Source: Octopus vulgaris
Taxonomy: Eukaryota
Direction: 5' to 3'
Length of the DNA: 64,000 bases
Assembly (NCBI GenBank): GCA_951406725.2
Contig: OX597821.1
Coordinates: 32,054,001-32,118,000 of the forward strand
A program made the position numbers and the translations under genes. Shown one piece after another: positions 26,194-40,354 of this stretch. The notes under the pieces are model-generated. The model was not told where the DNA came from, ran no database searches, and saw only the letters and a list, made by a program, of their open reading frames with translations. Position 1 is the stretch's first letter. Each line of letters begins with the position of its first letter.

Positions 26194-27290
26194 GGCGTTG
26201 GACAAAATAATTGAAACGCCTTCAATTTTCAAACAAATGAATCTTAATACGTGCTTGGACTGACTTTGGCAGTAATTACTGTTTGAACTCTACGAGGTTT
26301 GGACTAATACAAATTCCTGTCCATTCTTCAGCTAAAACTGTCTCCAGTTCTTGTAGTGATGATGGTAGTGGATATCGACTCATTACTTGTTTTCCGAAAA
26401 TGCGTCATAAATGTTCAATAATATTGAGATCTGGGGACCGTGCTGGCCAGATAAGATGGTCATCTTCACTAGAATGTTCCGCGTGCCATTTAGTAACAAC
26501 TTTAGCTGCGTGAATTGGTGCATTATTATCTTGAAAGATTTCATTTCCATCCGGAAACAGTTCTGCATAGATAGGATGAATTTGATCAGATAAAATATTT
26601 AAATAGACTTGACAATAAATTCTGCCATAAAGGGAAACCATTGGGCCGTCGCATTTCCAGGATATAGCTCCCCGGACCATTACTGATCCTCCTCCATGTT
26701 TAACAGTTGGAAGAAGGTAGTCTGGGTCAAATGCTTCTTTTGGCTGTCTCCACGTATATACTCGGCCGGTGGTCAGAAATAAGGTAGATGATGACTCGTC
26801 CGAGAAAATAACTTTCTTCCACTGCTCTAGGGAGCAATTCCGTAGGTTTTTACTCCATTCTAAACGCTTTGCAACGTTTGTTTTTGAAAGTAGTGGTTTT
26901 TTGTTTGCAGCCCACCCGTGAAATCTAGCGTTGTGCAGCTCCCGGTGAACACTTTTTTGTGGAAACTTGGTTCTCGAGGCGAACATTAAGCTCTGCAGTA
27001 ATTTTGGGTGCTGAGCTGTAGTGATTCTTTCTAACAATTCGCGTAAGCTTCCAAAGGTCCCTATCTGAAAGTTTTGGTTTTCTTCCGAAGTTTTGTTTCG
27101 ACGAGGAGGTGGTACCCTCTTTCTCTAAGGCAGTAATTACTTTCGAGACAGTACTTCTTGATGCACCAAATATTTCGGCTGTTTTCATTACGCTAGCGCC
27201 TGCCATATGAACACCAAAAATGTTACCTCTTTGATAGTCCGATAGATCTCCCATTTTAATGAATTTTAATTACCTTTTTCTGAAATGAAA
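26190..27290 (-). mobile_element. Tc1-like transposon with DD36E spacing (Incomer-like); frameshifted transposase, 5' end lost
   Basis: ORFs 26925..27254 and 26405..27037 join into MGDLSD..GRKPKL..KKPLLS..FSDES..KHGGGSVMV..FQDNNAPIH..WPARSPDLNIIEHL; TIR-like AGGCGTTGGACAAAATAATTGAAAC at the left end next to (TA)n. Confidence 0.92.
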
Positions 27291-27309
27291 CAACGATTTT
27301 AAGAAAGCA

Positions 27310-27710
27310 TAAGAAGAGAAGGATTAGCCTTACAACTAGCCCACTCTGGACCCTTTCTGAGAAGACACCAAGCAGAGAAACGAGGAAGGGACAGTAATCA
27401 ATGCACACTAGCTAACTGCCCCATTTACGACACAGATTCATGCCAACGGGTAAACGTTGTGTATAGAATACAATGTAACAAATGCAACAAGTTATATGTG
27501 GGTAGTACAAGACCGTTACACATTCGTATCAAAAAAACATCTAAACACGAGAGCCTCCTCCTTCTGAAAACATCTAGATAGATGCCGGAACACCGACAAA
27601 AGTATAATAGTCAAAAGTGAGACCGACGAAAGAAATTCAGGTAATCTAAGAATTAAGGAAGCTATCCTCATAGACAGACTAGGGCCGTAAATTAACAGGA
27701 TGAAGGATGG
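27310..27710 (+). mobile_element. Penelope-like GIY-YIG endonuclease fragment
   Basis: CQRVNVVYRIQCNKCNKLYVGSTRPLHIRIK...NLRIKEAILIDRLGP*INR. Confidence 0.85.
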
Positions 27711-28157
27711 CAAGCATTATATCATTTAGCTACATCTGGATGCGTGTAGGTTCAATTTTGACAACATGCTCATGTATTATTTTTTTTAAAATGTAAACTA
27801 CACGAATAATACATAACTTAAAAGCAGTGCTGCGGATGTGCCAACACACACTAGCTTGAAACATAATCCCCCTCATGTGCTTTTCATGAGGAATTCCGGT
27901 AGGAGCTTCGTGAGACCACTGCAGAGACACTTCCGGAAAAAAACATTTCAGCAACCGTTGCAAAACCGATTCTAGTAATAACTCTATCAATTCCTAGCGA
28001 TATCTAAAGAAGGAAGTTTTATATTCCGAAATATTGTTTCATTAGACTATGGGTAATTAAATTATAACAGTTATTGTAGTCCACTCAGCATTGTTGTGCC
28101 ATTCAAGACACGTTATATTTTACAAACAATACACAATACTTTGAGCGAACGACAATA

Positions 28158-28204
<47 letters not shown>

Positions 28205-28211
28205 ACATATA

Positions 28212-28452
<241 letters not shown>

Positions 28453-30501
28453 TATTAATGCATGCATATAAAATTTACGAAATGATGTCACTGCATGAGA
28501 CCTCTAAAACAAATTCGATATGAAATAATATAGAATCTGAAAGAAAAATGTAAAGCAAAAGAATAATTAGAAGAAATACACGCAAGAAATTGTATAAGAA
28601 CTATAAGTTTCCTTTATTCGTATGTTTCCTTCATCGAATAAAGAAGGTGATAGATATGTATATGCTGTGCGTTGACAGAGCAGATTGACTATGTATTCAG
28701 TTTTGCCTGTAACAGTTTATTCAACTGCATGAATGTGCCGTCAACTTCTACTATGCAAAAGGTGAAGTGTACCACCATCAATCAATGCTTTGTTGTTTTC
28801 CATAAGTTGATGATCAATACCAAAAATGTGTGTATATGTGTTCGTATGTGTGTGTGAGTGCGTGTGTATGCAGGTATGTATGTATGTATGTATGTATGTA
28901 TGTATGCTTGTATGTATGCTTGTCTATATATCCATGTGTCCAATACATACAGACATTAGTCATCATGTAACTCTATGCCAAAGTCTGACATTTTCATTTT
29001 GACGTCTTTTTATTTTGGCTTCTATCACTTTACTTACATTTCATACTGATAATGTCCTCTTTGCTCTATTAACCGGTATTATCAAATTTCTACCTTTCAA
29101 TCCCGAAGATCCATAGAAAGCGATCTGTAATCTGATTAAATATTCACTTCTATTTCAGTGTCACTTCAAACATAGTTAGAATCTTACTGAAGTTTGCTAG
29201 CATGATATTTCACAACATCCATATGCCAGAGGCATCGCACAATTTAAATAAATACTTCAGTGTGTCTAGGTAGTAGCTTTCGAAATAAAATCACTTACAA
29301 TATCGTAGGCTACAACACGTCCAAACAGTCTCATTCCTATCTTCCGGCATACAATCGTTGATATCCTGTTAACTATCCATTAACTTAGTGCTGGCCCTGA
29401 ATAGCTATATTCTATAAAGTCACCATCATACAACGCACTGGTATTCCCCAAAATGCTGCATTCTCTAATGTCCTGACTCTTAGTCGTTCAGGTACTTTTG
29501 ATGATATCTTTTTACTTCGATTCACTTCTTTTAGATAATACGCAGAGTGCTGGTGACTGCGCCAGATCACCGCCTTTAAAAGAAGTAATGCTACTTGACA
29601 TAATAGAGTTTTTTTCTAAACCTACTAAGATATAATATTGTGGGGATATGCTATTAAGACTATCATTTTACGAAAATAAAAATCACTGTTTCGAAATACA
29701 TAAATCGCATCTCTTTCAGTAGAACAAGAGTGGAGTTTGTCCTCTGATTCGCCCTGTTTATACATGACTGAGATTATACGTAATCAATCTTAGCAATTAT
29801 AGCTAAATGCATGTATTTCTAATGCCACCGGGACTTTATTACACTCCGTTTTCGTTAAAATCTCGAATATTCGTTTAATATATTCGTGTGATTACTCCTG
29901 GGAATGTGGTTTTAGAATAGGATATTGAGAACAAGACACTATCTAAATACACAATGCATGTGCGTTATGTGCCGTATTAACAATATTTCTCGAAAATTAA
30001 TTACCGTATCTACGCAGCTGCAGCCAAGTCAGTTTTTCAAAATATTGCATGGTTTAGATTCAACGACATTGATGGAATATACGTGATTATAAAAGCATAA
30101 AAGGTAAAGTAGATCCAATTATGTAATAATCTGTTTGTTTTTCTTAAGCCAATCTGATGTTCTTGTCAGGCAAAAATATGAAAGATGCAGCAGAAGTCAT
30201 TTCGCTTTTTATTACATGCATAGGCCTCTCATTTCTAGATGTGTTTTCTGGAAGAATTAAAGCGAGAAGCCTATGCCATTACATAGGTTTTCCGTGGAAT
30301 TTTTCTTCCATCATTTTAATTTTCTCTTCACATTCATAGCGTTCATGATCTCTCATGTGTTTATGAGGTTAGGATGTACTTTCCTTTATTAGAGCTCAAA
30401 ACGTGTTTTAGAGGGCACGGTTTTCTTATTATTTCGATATAAGCGAATTTACAAATTATATATGCATACACCACACACGAATACATACCCATATGTATAT
30501 G

Positions 30502-31482
<981 letters not shown>

Positions 31483-31489
31483 TGTTTTA

Positions 31490-31546
<57 letters not shown>

Positions 31547-31824
31547 CATATATACATATATACATATATACATATATATACATAGAGAGAGACAGACAAG
31601 CAGAGACCAAAGTTTACGTACGCCGCTATATTTTATACATAAAAAATACACAAATGGGACAAGAACGCAAAACATCCACCCAGACGATGCAAGGAAAGCC
31701 AGGACGGATCATTCGGAGTTTTCTATCCTCATTCGAGGATAGAAAATAATAATCACTTAAAGTGTGTGGTGATGGCTGCAACAGAATTCTTTACTTTATC
31801 GTGTAGAATAATCATGTAGAATTA

Positions 31825-33117
31825 CGAGGGACGTTCAATAAGTAATGTCTCTGACCCACTTGCAGTTGTTTGATCTAGCTGAAATTTTGAATGTGCAATT
31901 ATTTATATCTCTATAGATTAACTGGCAAATTACAGCTCTGAACTAATTGTGGTTTCTGATTTACAGGTGTTTGAACTGAGTCAAGTGTGAAATGGAGCCT
32001 GTTGAGTGTCGAGCAGTGATCCGGTTTTTGTATTTGAAAGGACACGCACCACGGGAGACTTTTGATGAAATGAAAGTAACTTATGGTGATGATGCCCCAT
32101 CATATGACCTTGTAAAACGCTGGCATCGTGAATTCAACCATGGTCGGAACTCTGTGGAAACAGCTCCCAGATCTGGTCACCCCCCTTCTGCCATTGATGA
32201 GGCATCTGTCCGTCAAGTTGATGCTGCCATTTTGGAAGATCGACGCATAACTATTCGCTAAATAGCCCACGAGGTCAAGATTAGTACCGGGTCTGTGGAA
32301 ACTATCATTCATGACCATTTGCATATGCAAAAGGTGTCTGCCAGATGGATTCCCAGGTTGCTCAAACCTTTCCAGAAGCAAGAACACGTCGTGTGCTCGA
32401 GGATGAATTTGGAGATGTGCCAAGAAGATGAGTCAAACTATTTCAAAAGACTGATTACACAGGATGAAACCTGGGTTCATCACTATGATCCAGAGGCTAA
32501 AGCCCAGTCAATGCAGTGGACGCACCGTGACTCACCTCCTCCAAAGAAGGCAAGGGTGCAGCCCTCCGCTGGCAAGGTCATGCTCACAGTCTTCTGGGAC
32601 CAGGACGGAGTAGTGATGACAGATTTCCTGGCAAAGGGTACCACAATTACAGGAACCTATTATGCTTCACTTTTGAGGAAATTAAGAGAAGCTATCAAAA
32701 TCAAGAGGCGGGGCAAGATCAGCAAAGGCATCCTCCTCCTGCACGACAACGCTCCGGTCCACAACTCGTGTGTCGCCAGATCAGAAGCACAGGCGTGAGG
32801 CTATGAACTCCTCCCACATTTTCCCTACTCTTTTGACCTTGCACCCTCTGATTTTCACCTCTTCCCAGCCATGAAGTTGTTTTTGAAAGGAGAGCGTTTC
32901 CCAGATGATGCAGCCTTGATTTCTGAAGTCACATCGTGGTTGGAGGACCAAGCTAGGGTCTTCTACAAAAACGGTCTCCAGAGCTGCATCAAACAATGGC
33001 AGAAATGCATAACTCTGTGTGGTTTTTATGTAGAAAAAGACTAATAATTGTGGCAAGTTTCATTGCTCTACTGCTACGGAAAGTGGGTCAGGGGCATTAC
33101 TTATTGAACGCCCCTCG
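31825..33117 (+). mobile_element. Near full-length mariner (DD34D), 1293 bp, 37-bp TIRs, TA target site duplication
   Basis: CGAGGGACGTTCAATAAGTAATGTCTCTGACCCACTT and its reverse complement at 33081-33117 (3 mismatches); TA on both sides. Confidence 0.97.
31992..33044 (+). pseudogene. Mariner transposase, 350 codons in one frame with two nonsense codons (32259, 32796)
   Basis: WIPRLL, ITQDETWVHHYDPE, HDNAPVH..(34)..APSDFHLF; no frameshift. Confidence 0.95.
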
Positions 33118-33691
33118 TACTTACGCTGAAATGTATATAATAAACTGAATATTTATATGGTGTCCACTTTATGACATTCCATTTGGTTTAATACATCAGA
33201 ATATTCTAAATGCATAATGACTCGGCCCAATCTATATAATACACAACTGTATCACATTGGAAGAAAATCACAATAGCAGGATGTGAATATGGGCATGCAC
33301 TAATGTTTAAACTCCTTGTATTCTAAATACAGACCAAGTTAGACATCCAATCATTTTTCGTCGAGATAGACAGCCTATCCTGTTTACATCGACAGAGGTG
33401 TAAGCACGCATGTACCTTAGTTTTAAGTTTGCAATAGAGTTGTTTGGAGAAGAAGTTGAGGGCCTTTTACGAGTGACTACTTCGACACACACCAGCACTT
33501 CAACATACACTCAACCATTAAAAATGTCAGTGACTAAGTTAATTGGTGAATGAAATCGGAACGTTTGTGCAAAAGATGTTATATCAACATGTGCTCAGAA
33601 AATAATATTTTCTCGTGAAAGATTATAAAATACTGCCTTCTTGTTTTCAGAGTAGCTCAGTCTGGCCGTCGTAAATCAAGAAATTGCAGTA

Positions 33692-33991
33692 TGTTCCTTC
33701 TCGAGCCATGCCTGGCTCATAAGGCCCGGTTTCCCGCTTTCATTGGCGTATAGGTTCCCCACCTGGATGGGACGCCAGTTCGTTGCAGGTGAGCTGCTAA
33801 ATGCAGGAGGAAAGACTAAGAGAAAGTTGTGGCAAAAGAGTCAGCAGAAGTTCGCTATTACCTTCTGCTGGAGCCGCGTGGAGCTTAGGTGCTTTCGCTC
33901 ATAAACACACACATCGCCCGGTCCGAGATTCGGACCCGCGATCCCTCGATCACGAGTCCGCTGCTCTAACCACTAGGTCATGTGCCTCCAC
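33692..33991 (-). mobile_element. tRNA-derived SINE (head shared with the 56145 and 62186 copies, different tail)
   Basis: Minus strand TGGAGGCACATGACCTAGTGGTTAGAGCAGCGG..GCGGGTCCGAATCTC (A- and B-box-like). Confidence 0.85.
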
Positions 33992-34622
33992 AAATTGCTG
34001 TATGGACATCTAGATACAGTCTTTTGCCGGAACAGGGAGGTAAAAATTGAAGGATTCAAAGAATTATAATGGATATGGCAGTTTCTATTGAAGATTGTAG
34101 ACACACAATTTTGTTGGAGAGCCAGGGCTTCTGGAAAAATACACTAATTTTTAGTTGAATCGAAACTACGCATTAAACTACTTCGTTGCAAACAAAGTAT
34201 GAACAACGCAACCACGTTTATTGGCATGGTCTATGCGATACGTTATCGTATGTATATACACAATGAAATTTGTTGCGAAATCACGTGTAAAAGAATAACA
34301 AAATATCGCCCACTGATTCTCAATGTTATTAACATTATTGCATTCCCTTTTGGATTTCATATTTTGCATGCTTTGCTTTATTTTGAATAGTTTCCACGTT
34401 CTTCTTCAATACAAGACATGCTGTGTAATATTTCATGACATAACTTATCAATGACAATTCATAAAGTGAAAAACAGAAACAATTTTACCCCAACTAACTA
34501 TCCATGAAATTCACTGCGATTACAAAGAGATGTAGCATTAATGGCTCACACGAGAATTTTACCTTTGTTATTTTCCGTGTACATATATGTATATATTTAT
34601 ATATATATATATATATGTATAG

Positions 34623-34659
<37 letters not shown>

Positions 34660-34814
34660 TATATAGATAGATAAATAGATAGATAGATAGATAGATAGGT
34701 AGATAGATATAGATATATATATATATATGTCTATGCATATATATGTATATATATATATATATATGTGTGTGTTTATGTATGTATATAGAGATATACACAT
34801 AGATACATATGTAC

Positions 34815-34867
<53 letters not shown>

Positions 34868-35388
34868 TGTATGTGTGTGTGTATGTATGTTATATTTCGA
34901 AAACAGAAAATATCCTTTCTCGCCTTCTGACAAGAGACAGGATACAAGATATGAATATAATGACTATTGGGAACTAAATGTCAGAAACGAGGATTTTTTA
35001 TATCTTTCAATGGAAGTGACTTTAAAATTTACATAACATTGTCAAAGTAATATATTTCACAGCTTTTCATATGTCTGTATGTTCCTATGAGTGGACATAA
35101 TAACATATTTCAGTGTATTACAATATATGTGGGTCTGTGCGTCTAAGCTTACCTACACACACACACATACACACAAACACAAACACACACTCGCACACAC
35201 ATGCACAAGTGCACACACATACATATTAGCACATACACATGGACTCATAGAAAATTAATAGATACATACATACATAGATATAAAGAGAGACAGATAGACA
35301 GGTAGATAGATAGATAGATAGATAGATATATAGATAGCGACAGATAGATAAAGATAAAATAATATATTTATGTCCATACATACAGAAA

Positions 35389-35419
<31 letters not shown>

Positions 35420-35889
35420 CGCTAGAGACACAGATACATACATACACATATATATGTACCTACCTACCTACACCGTGTTGACGTTCAAATTCCAGTGGAG
35501 TAGTCTTAGCTCTAGGTTAGAGACCGGTTCCTTCATGAAATGAAACTGTTTAATGACATACATACATACATACATACAAACATACATACATGTATATATA
35601 TATACATATATGTATATACCATTGGATACGCTTTTATGTGATTCGATGCACTGCATCTCTATAATTTTCAGTAAAAGTTCTTATTAAATATTTAAAACTC
35701 ATACCCGTACTGAAAGTGTAGATAGTAGGCAAAGTTTTAATGACACCAATTACTGAATGTCAAGCAATTAACTCAATTAATCGCACAGCAGGAGAACCTC
35801 TAAAAATCTTACAAATATTTATTCATGTTGTTATATTTCATGTATCATATAATTACTATATATGTATGTATGTGTGTTTATGTATATGT

Positions 35890-35939
<50 letters not shown>

Positions 35940-36069
35940 TACACTAACAGGCAGGCGGATAGACTCATATAGTTGTGGGCGGGTATGTGTTTGTGAGAGT
36001 GCGTGTGTAAGGTTTGATAGAAGATAGAGATATCAGTATAGCATGATATCTGTTACAATTGTTTCAGTC

Positions 36070-36378
36070 TCGATTTTGCCTTTCATCCTTTCGGGATCGA
36101 TTAAATAAGTACCAGTTACGCACTGGGGTCGATATAATCGACAAAATCCGTTCGTCTGTCCTTGCTTGTCCTCTCTGTGTTTAGCCCCTTGTCGGTAGTA
36201 AAGAAATAGGTATTTCGTCTGTATTTACGTTCTGAGTTCAAATTCCACCGAGTTCGACTTTCCCTTTCATCCTCATGTGGTTGATAAATTAAGTAGTAGT
36301 TGTGTACTGTGGTCGATCTAATCAACTGACCCCTTCCCCAAAAAATGTTGTGGCCTTGTGCCTAGAGTAGGAAAGAAT
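36070..36378 (+). mobile_element. Two partial SINE copies in tandem (GCCTTTCATCC/GATAAATTAAGTA core family)
   Basis: 36075-36212 and 36210-36378 both match parts of 51781-52013. Confidence 0.82.
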
Positions 36379-37339
36379 ATCTTAAGTTTGTTTTATACAT
36401 AATATGCAAACAATATATTTATCGATACTTATAATTTTAAGAAAGGAAAGAAAGTTGATAATAACGTATCGAACTGTAATATTACAAATGGCACAAATTT
36501 GTAAATTGTCAAGTAAATGAGAGGCATCTTTGCCTCCACTGATTCAGTTGCAAAGTGTTGAGTAACGTTATTTGATTACAGACCTCATTTCAGTCTTTTT
36601 ATTATCACTGGGTTATACATAGTCCCCAGATGGTGACATTGATTTCAAGGCCTTCCCACATGTGTGACTGGTTATTCAAAGACATATATAGATTGTAAAT
36701 TTATTCTGTCCAGTTACGTATCAGTATAGTGGTCATTTGCAAACTCCAGAGGTGACACTTTAATTTCTCCTTAGCCCTCACGCCACACAGTTGTTAATGT
36801 TGATTTCAGTTGGGTCACGCCCTTCCAATTGCTATAGATTCGTAATGCATCTTACGGCTGTGCCTGTCACCTGGATGGTGGGGAATCCTACATTGGGAGT
36901 GGTAACGACTAGGGTAGGGTAGCTGACTGCTTATTGTTATCATTTGTCTTTTGGTTTTACAAACCCAGTGAACATATATTTCCTATCTTAAAGAAATTCA
37001 AACAATAGATATAGGACACAAGTTAAAAAGATTCGCAACAATTCAACTTATCTGGTTGACATTAAGACACCCAACCACAACAGGGTCCTTAACTCTCACA
37101 TTTTAGAGCTCCATGACCTTCATTTTTCACGAGCAAAATCCTTTTAACAGGTTCAATAAGAGTGGAACTTTGGAATACGCGCATAAAAATCTGTAGTAGG
37201 GGATACATGTGGCACGATTACAATTTTTAGGGTGTGTAAAGAGGGAAATAACCCTTATCAGCAATTTTGATGAAATTCGAAACCTAGATATTCCAGTTCA
37301 TTACAGAAAATATAACAGAAAATTCTAATTCTTCAATTG

Positions 37340-37373
37340 AATGTAACGCGGGCAACACCGGGTATCTCTGCTA

Positions 37374-37374
<1 letters not shown>
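37340..37374 (+). mobile_element. Helitron 3' terminus (element extends leftwards, boundary unresolved)
   Basis: ACGCGGGCAACACCGGGT hairpin followed by ATCTCTGCTAG|T. Confidence 0.75.
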
Positions 37375-37418
<44 letters not shown>

Positions 37419-37422
<4 letters not shown>

Positions 37423-37890
37423 CAGAAATGAGGTACTCAGAAATTCTGATGGTTTTGTATTTACAGATATTTATTTGTATAGTACATGTTTTTATACATC
37501 ATATAATTTAGATCATGTATTCACGCTTTCTCCCATTCTAGTGGGGTTTTCAAATCAAACTAAGTCCCTGTGTTAAAGGTTTTGACCATTTTATAGTGTT
37601 ATTGTGGTGGGTAGGAATATAAGACAGTGGGTAGGAATATAAGACAGTACAAGGGGGTGATGGATGAGGGGAAAGTGAGAGAAAGAGAGAGCATGTGTGT
37701 GTGCTTTTGTATTTGGAATGAGTGCTAAAGAAAAAGAGGGGAAGGGAGAGGGAAGAAGAAGAAAATAATCTTTTTGCTCTGCTGGACAGGATGCTTACTC
37801 CAAGGGGGGCGGTCTAAGATCTTGAGGGAAAAGAATTTCAGTTTTGACCATTTCATAGTGTTATTGAGTATGTGGTGGCGGGGAGGTAGA
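37419..37890 (-). mobile_element. Probable Helitron-like non-autonomous element with internal direct repeats
   Basis: Minus-strand end ATTTCTGCTAA|T resembles the other Helitron ends; GTTTTGACCATTT(T/C)ATAGTGTTATTG repeats at ~37579 and ~37840; 20-bp tandem at ~37608-37647. Confidence 0.45.
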
Positions 37891-38029
37891 CTATAAATCA
37901 TATTTCCTTTTTATCATTGTGAAAGAGTGGTTATATATGTATACATGAATGTGTGCGTGTGTGATTATGTGTGTTTGCGTTTGGGTGTGTTGTGTTATGT
38001 TGTATTGTGTTGCGTGCGTGTGTGTGCGT

Positions 38030-38217
38030 ATGAAACCGTTATTCCAGACACGTTTCATTCCCCGCTCTCCGTTTTCTTTACTCATTCCTTTCTGTCGATT
38101 AGTATAGGCTCGAAAGGTCAAAGATTTTGCATTTTTCCTGACCGTCAAAACTAATACACCTTGATTGTTTTCCTTCTCCCCTATGTCTGTTCCTCTGCTT
38201 TTTGCAAATTCGAATCA
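38030..38217 (+). mobile_element. Diverged copy of the 21805 repeat family
   Basis: CCTTTCTGTCGATTAGTATAGGCTCGAAAGGTCAAAGA...CTAATACACC. Confidence 0.65.
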
Positions 38218-38689
38218 CAGATATACATAATACATACATGCATAAATACATAACTGTATATGTCTGTGCATGCATGCCTGCTTGTAAGTAACTATGAATA
38301 TATGTATATACAAGTTCAATTCACGAATATACACGCAGAGAGTAGAAAGAACTCGATAGAAGCGATCCATTTAAATTTCAATCAGTAAACATGTTACAGA
38401 TATAAATATGTGAGAGATTCGAAACCATATATGCCCAAGTGTATGTGAGTGTGTGCGTGTGCTTGTTTGTGTATGTGTGTGTGTGCACATGTGTGTATGT
38501 GTGTGCGCATGCGGGTATATGTTAGTATGTCTGTTTGTGCATGTATGGATATGATATATCTAAACAAATATACTGTTATATATATTTCTGTATAAAAATA
38601 TGAAATGATATATACATATACGCACACACACACGCATATGTGTATATATATATATAGGGAATTTGCATTGTGTGTTTATGTATATGCAC

Positions 38690-38787
<98 letters not shown>

Positions 38788-38971
38788 GTATATATATATA
38801 TAAAGTAAATAAAAGAAAATGGAAAAGGAAAATATAATAATTGCTTGGTTCATTTTATTTGTATCACAAAGGAAAAGCAATGAGTAGTAAGAATGATACC
38901 TATAAGAATAAGAATAAAAAGGTTGTAAACCAGGAAAACAGACAGAGAGGATCTATAAAATAATTGGGATA

Positions 38972-39036
38972 GTACTATATCTATAGATTTCACGGTTTGG
39001 GTTTATTAAAGATCCTTTCCGATCATCACTGGTAAC
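38972..39036 (-). ncRNA. Decayed hammerhead-like motif
   Basis: GTGATGA TCGG..CCGT GAAA TCTATAGA TA: palindromic stem III present, core C3 lost, stem I imperfect. Confidence 0.4.
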
Positions 39037-39280
39037 ATAGCGAACGTAATTAAATGCAAAATATATATACGTACCGCCAAAATATACATGCATTTCGCAA
39101 GTATTCACGAATTCAAATCCAAGCGTCTATTCTAACCATGTGGTTATTTATTCGCTTGGAAAATTGTGGTATGGAGTAATAATCTAAGTGGTTCCGAAAC
39201 TATTTGGAGTTTACTTCTAGTAGACAGGCGTTGTAATTATTCAATGCCCTTAACATAATATTTATGTAAGTATATATATA

Positions 39281-39341
<61 letters not shown>

Positions 39342-39425
39342 GTATATATATATATATATATATATACATACGTATAATACATATATATATATATATATGT
39401 ATGTATATATATATATATGTATGTA

Positions 39426-39477
<52 letters not shown>

Positions 39478-39478
<1 letters not shown>

Positions 39479-39722
39479 CATCACCAAGCATAGATTGGCA
39501 TATTTCGGTCATGTTATGCAGGGAAAATCCCTGGAGAAGGACATCATGCTCGGAATGGTCAGTGGCAAGAAAGGAAGAGGCCGACCAAGAACCCGCTGGC
39601 TTGACACCATCAAGAGTGATACCGGAATGGACATAGCCAATCTGAAAGAAGCGGCCCAGGATAGAACTGACTGGAGGACACTGATCCAACGAGTAACCGA
39701 GAGTCGACATCGACTGAGTGGA
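39478..39722 (+). mobile_element. RTE (BovB-like) LINE 3' end, 5'-truncated
   Basis: [45 protein letters not shown]...[19 protein letters not shown]. Confidence 0.93.
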
Positions 39723-39737
39723 TATATATATATGTAG

Positions 39738-39766
<29 letters not shown>

Positions 39767-39768
<2 letters not shown>

Positions 39769-39853
39769 AATGAAAGAATGGAGTCGAACGACGATTTAAC
39801 AAAATTTAACAAAATTTTGTTAAATCGTCGTTCGACACCATTCTTTCATTTAT
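39767..39853. repeat. Near-perfect palindrome (~40-bp arms)
   Basis: TAAATGAAAGAATGGAGTCGAACGACGATTTAACAAAAT / ATTTTGTTAAATCGTCGTTCGACACCATTCTTTCATTTA. Confidence 0.92.
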
Positions 39854-40019
39854 TCATAGTTAAAAAAACACACAAATTTACACACGAGATCACGGGATTT
39901 CTGCATGTAGCTTCAACCGTGTTTTCTGACGTGAATTTGCTACCCAGGTATAGGTTAACCGAATTATCTATACTAAGATAATTCATTCACCTCCTTATAT
40001 ATATATATATATATATATA

Positions 40020-40097
40020 TGATGTCCTTCTCCAGGGATTTTCCCTGCATAACATGACCGAAATATGCCAATCTATGCTTGGTGATCCTAGCTTCTA
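40020..40097 (-). mobile_element. Inverted short copy of the same RTE segment
   Basis: [26 protein letters not shown]; matches 39481-39545 in reverse. Confidence 0.9.
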
Positions 40098-40284
40098 TAC
40101 ACACACACAAACACGCACACACATCCACACCCCAAATCACGAAATAATTGTATAGAGCAAACGAGGGAAAATACAAAGAAAAGGTAGGAAAAGGTAAAAT
40201 TAGGGAAGGTAGATGTGTGTGTAAGGAATGTAAGATACAAAACTACGATTGTTTTCAAAAGTCCATGGACAGAAACTAGGAGGA

Positions 40285-40354
<70 letters not shown>

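Noticed and set aside
29299-29366. Possible minus-strand exon (DINDCMPEDRNETVWTCC) with a GTAAGT donor
   Set aside because: The acceptor lacks a pyrimidine tract and the region looks like decayed repeat; the EGF-like start is probably chance.
33651-33688. Possible plus-strand micro-exon (acceptor TTGTTTTCAG, donor GTATGT)
   Set aside because: The donor abuts a SINE tail, two of three frames are closed, and there is no other support.
33930-33991. tRNA-like A/B boxes here and at 45318 and 62500
   Set aside because: They are SINE heads that continue into SINE bodies and do not form complete cloverleafs.
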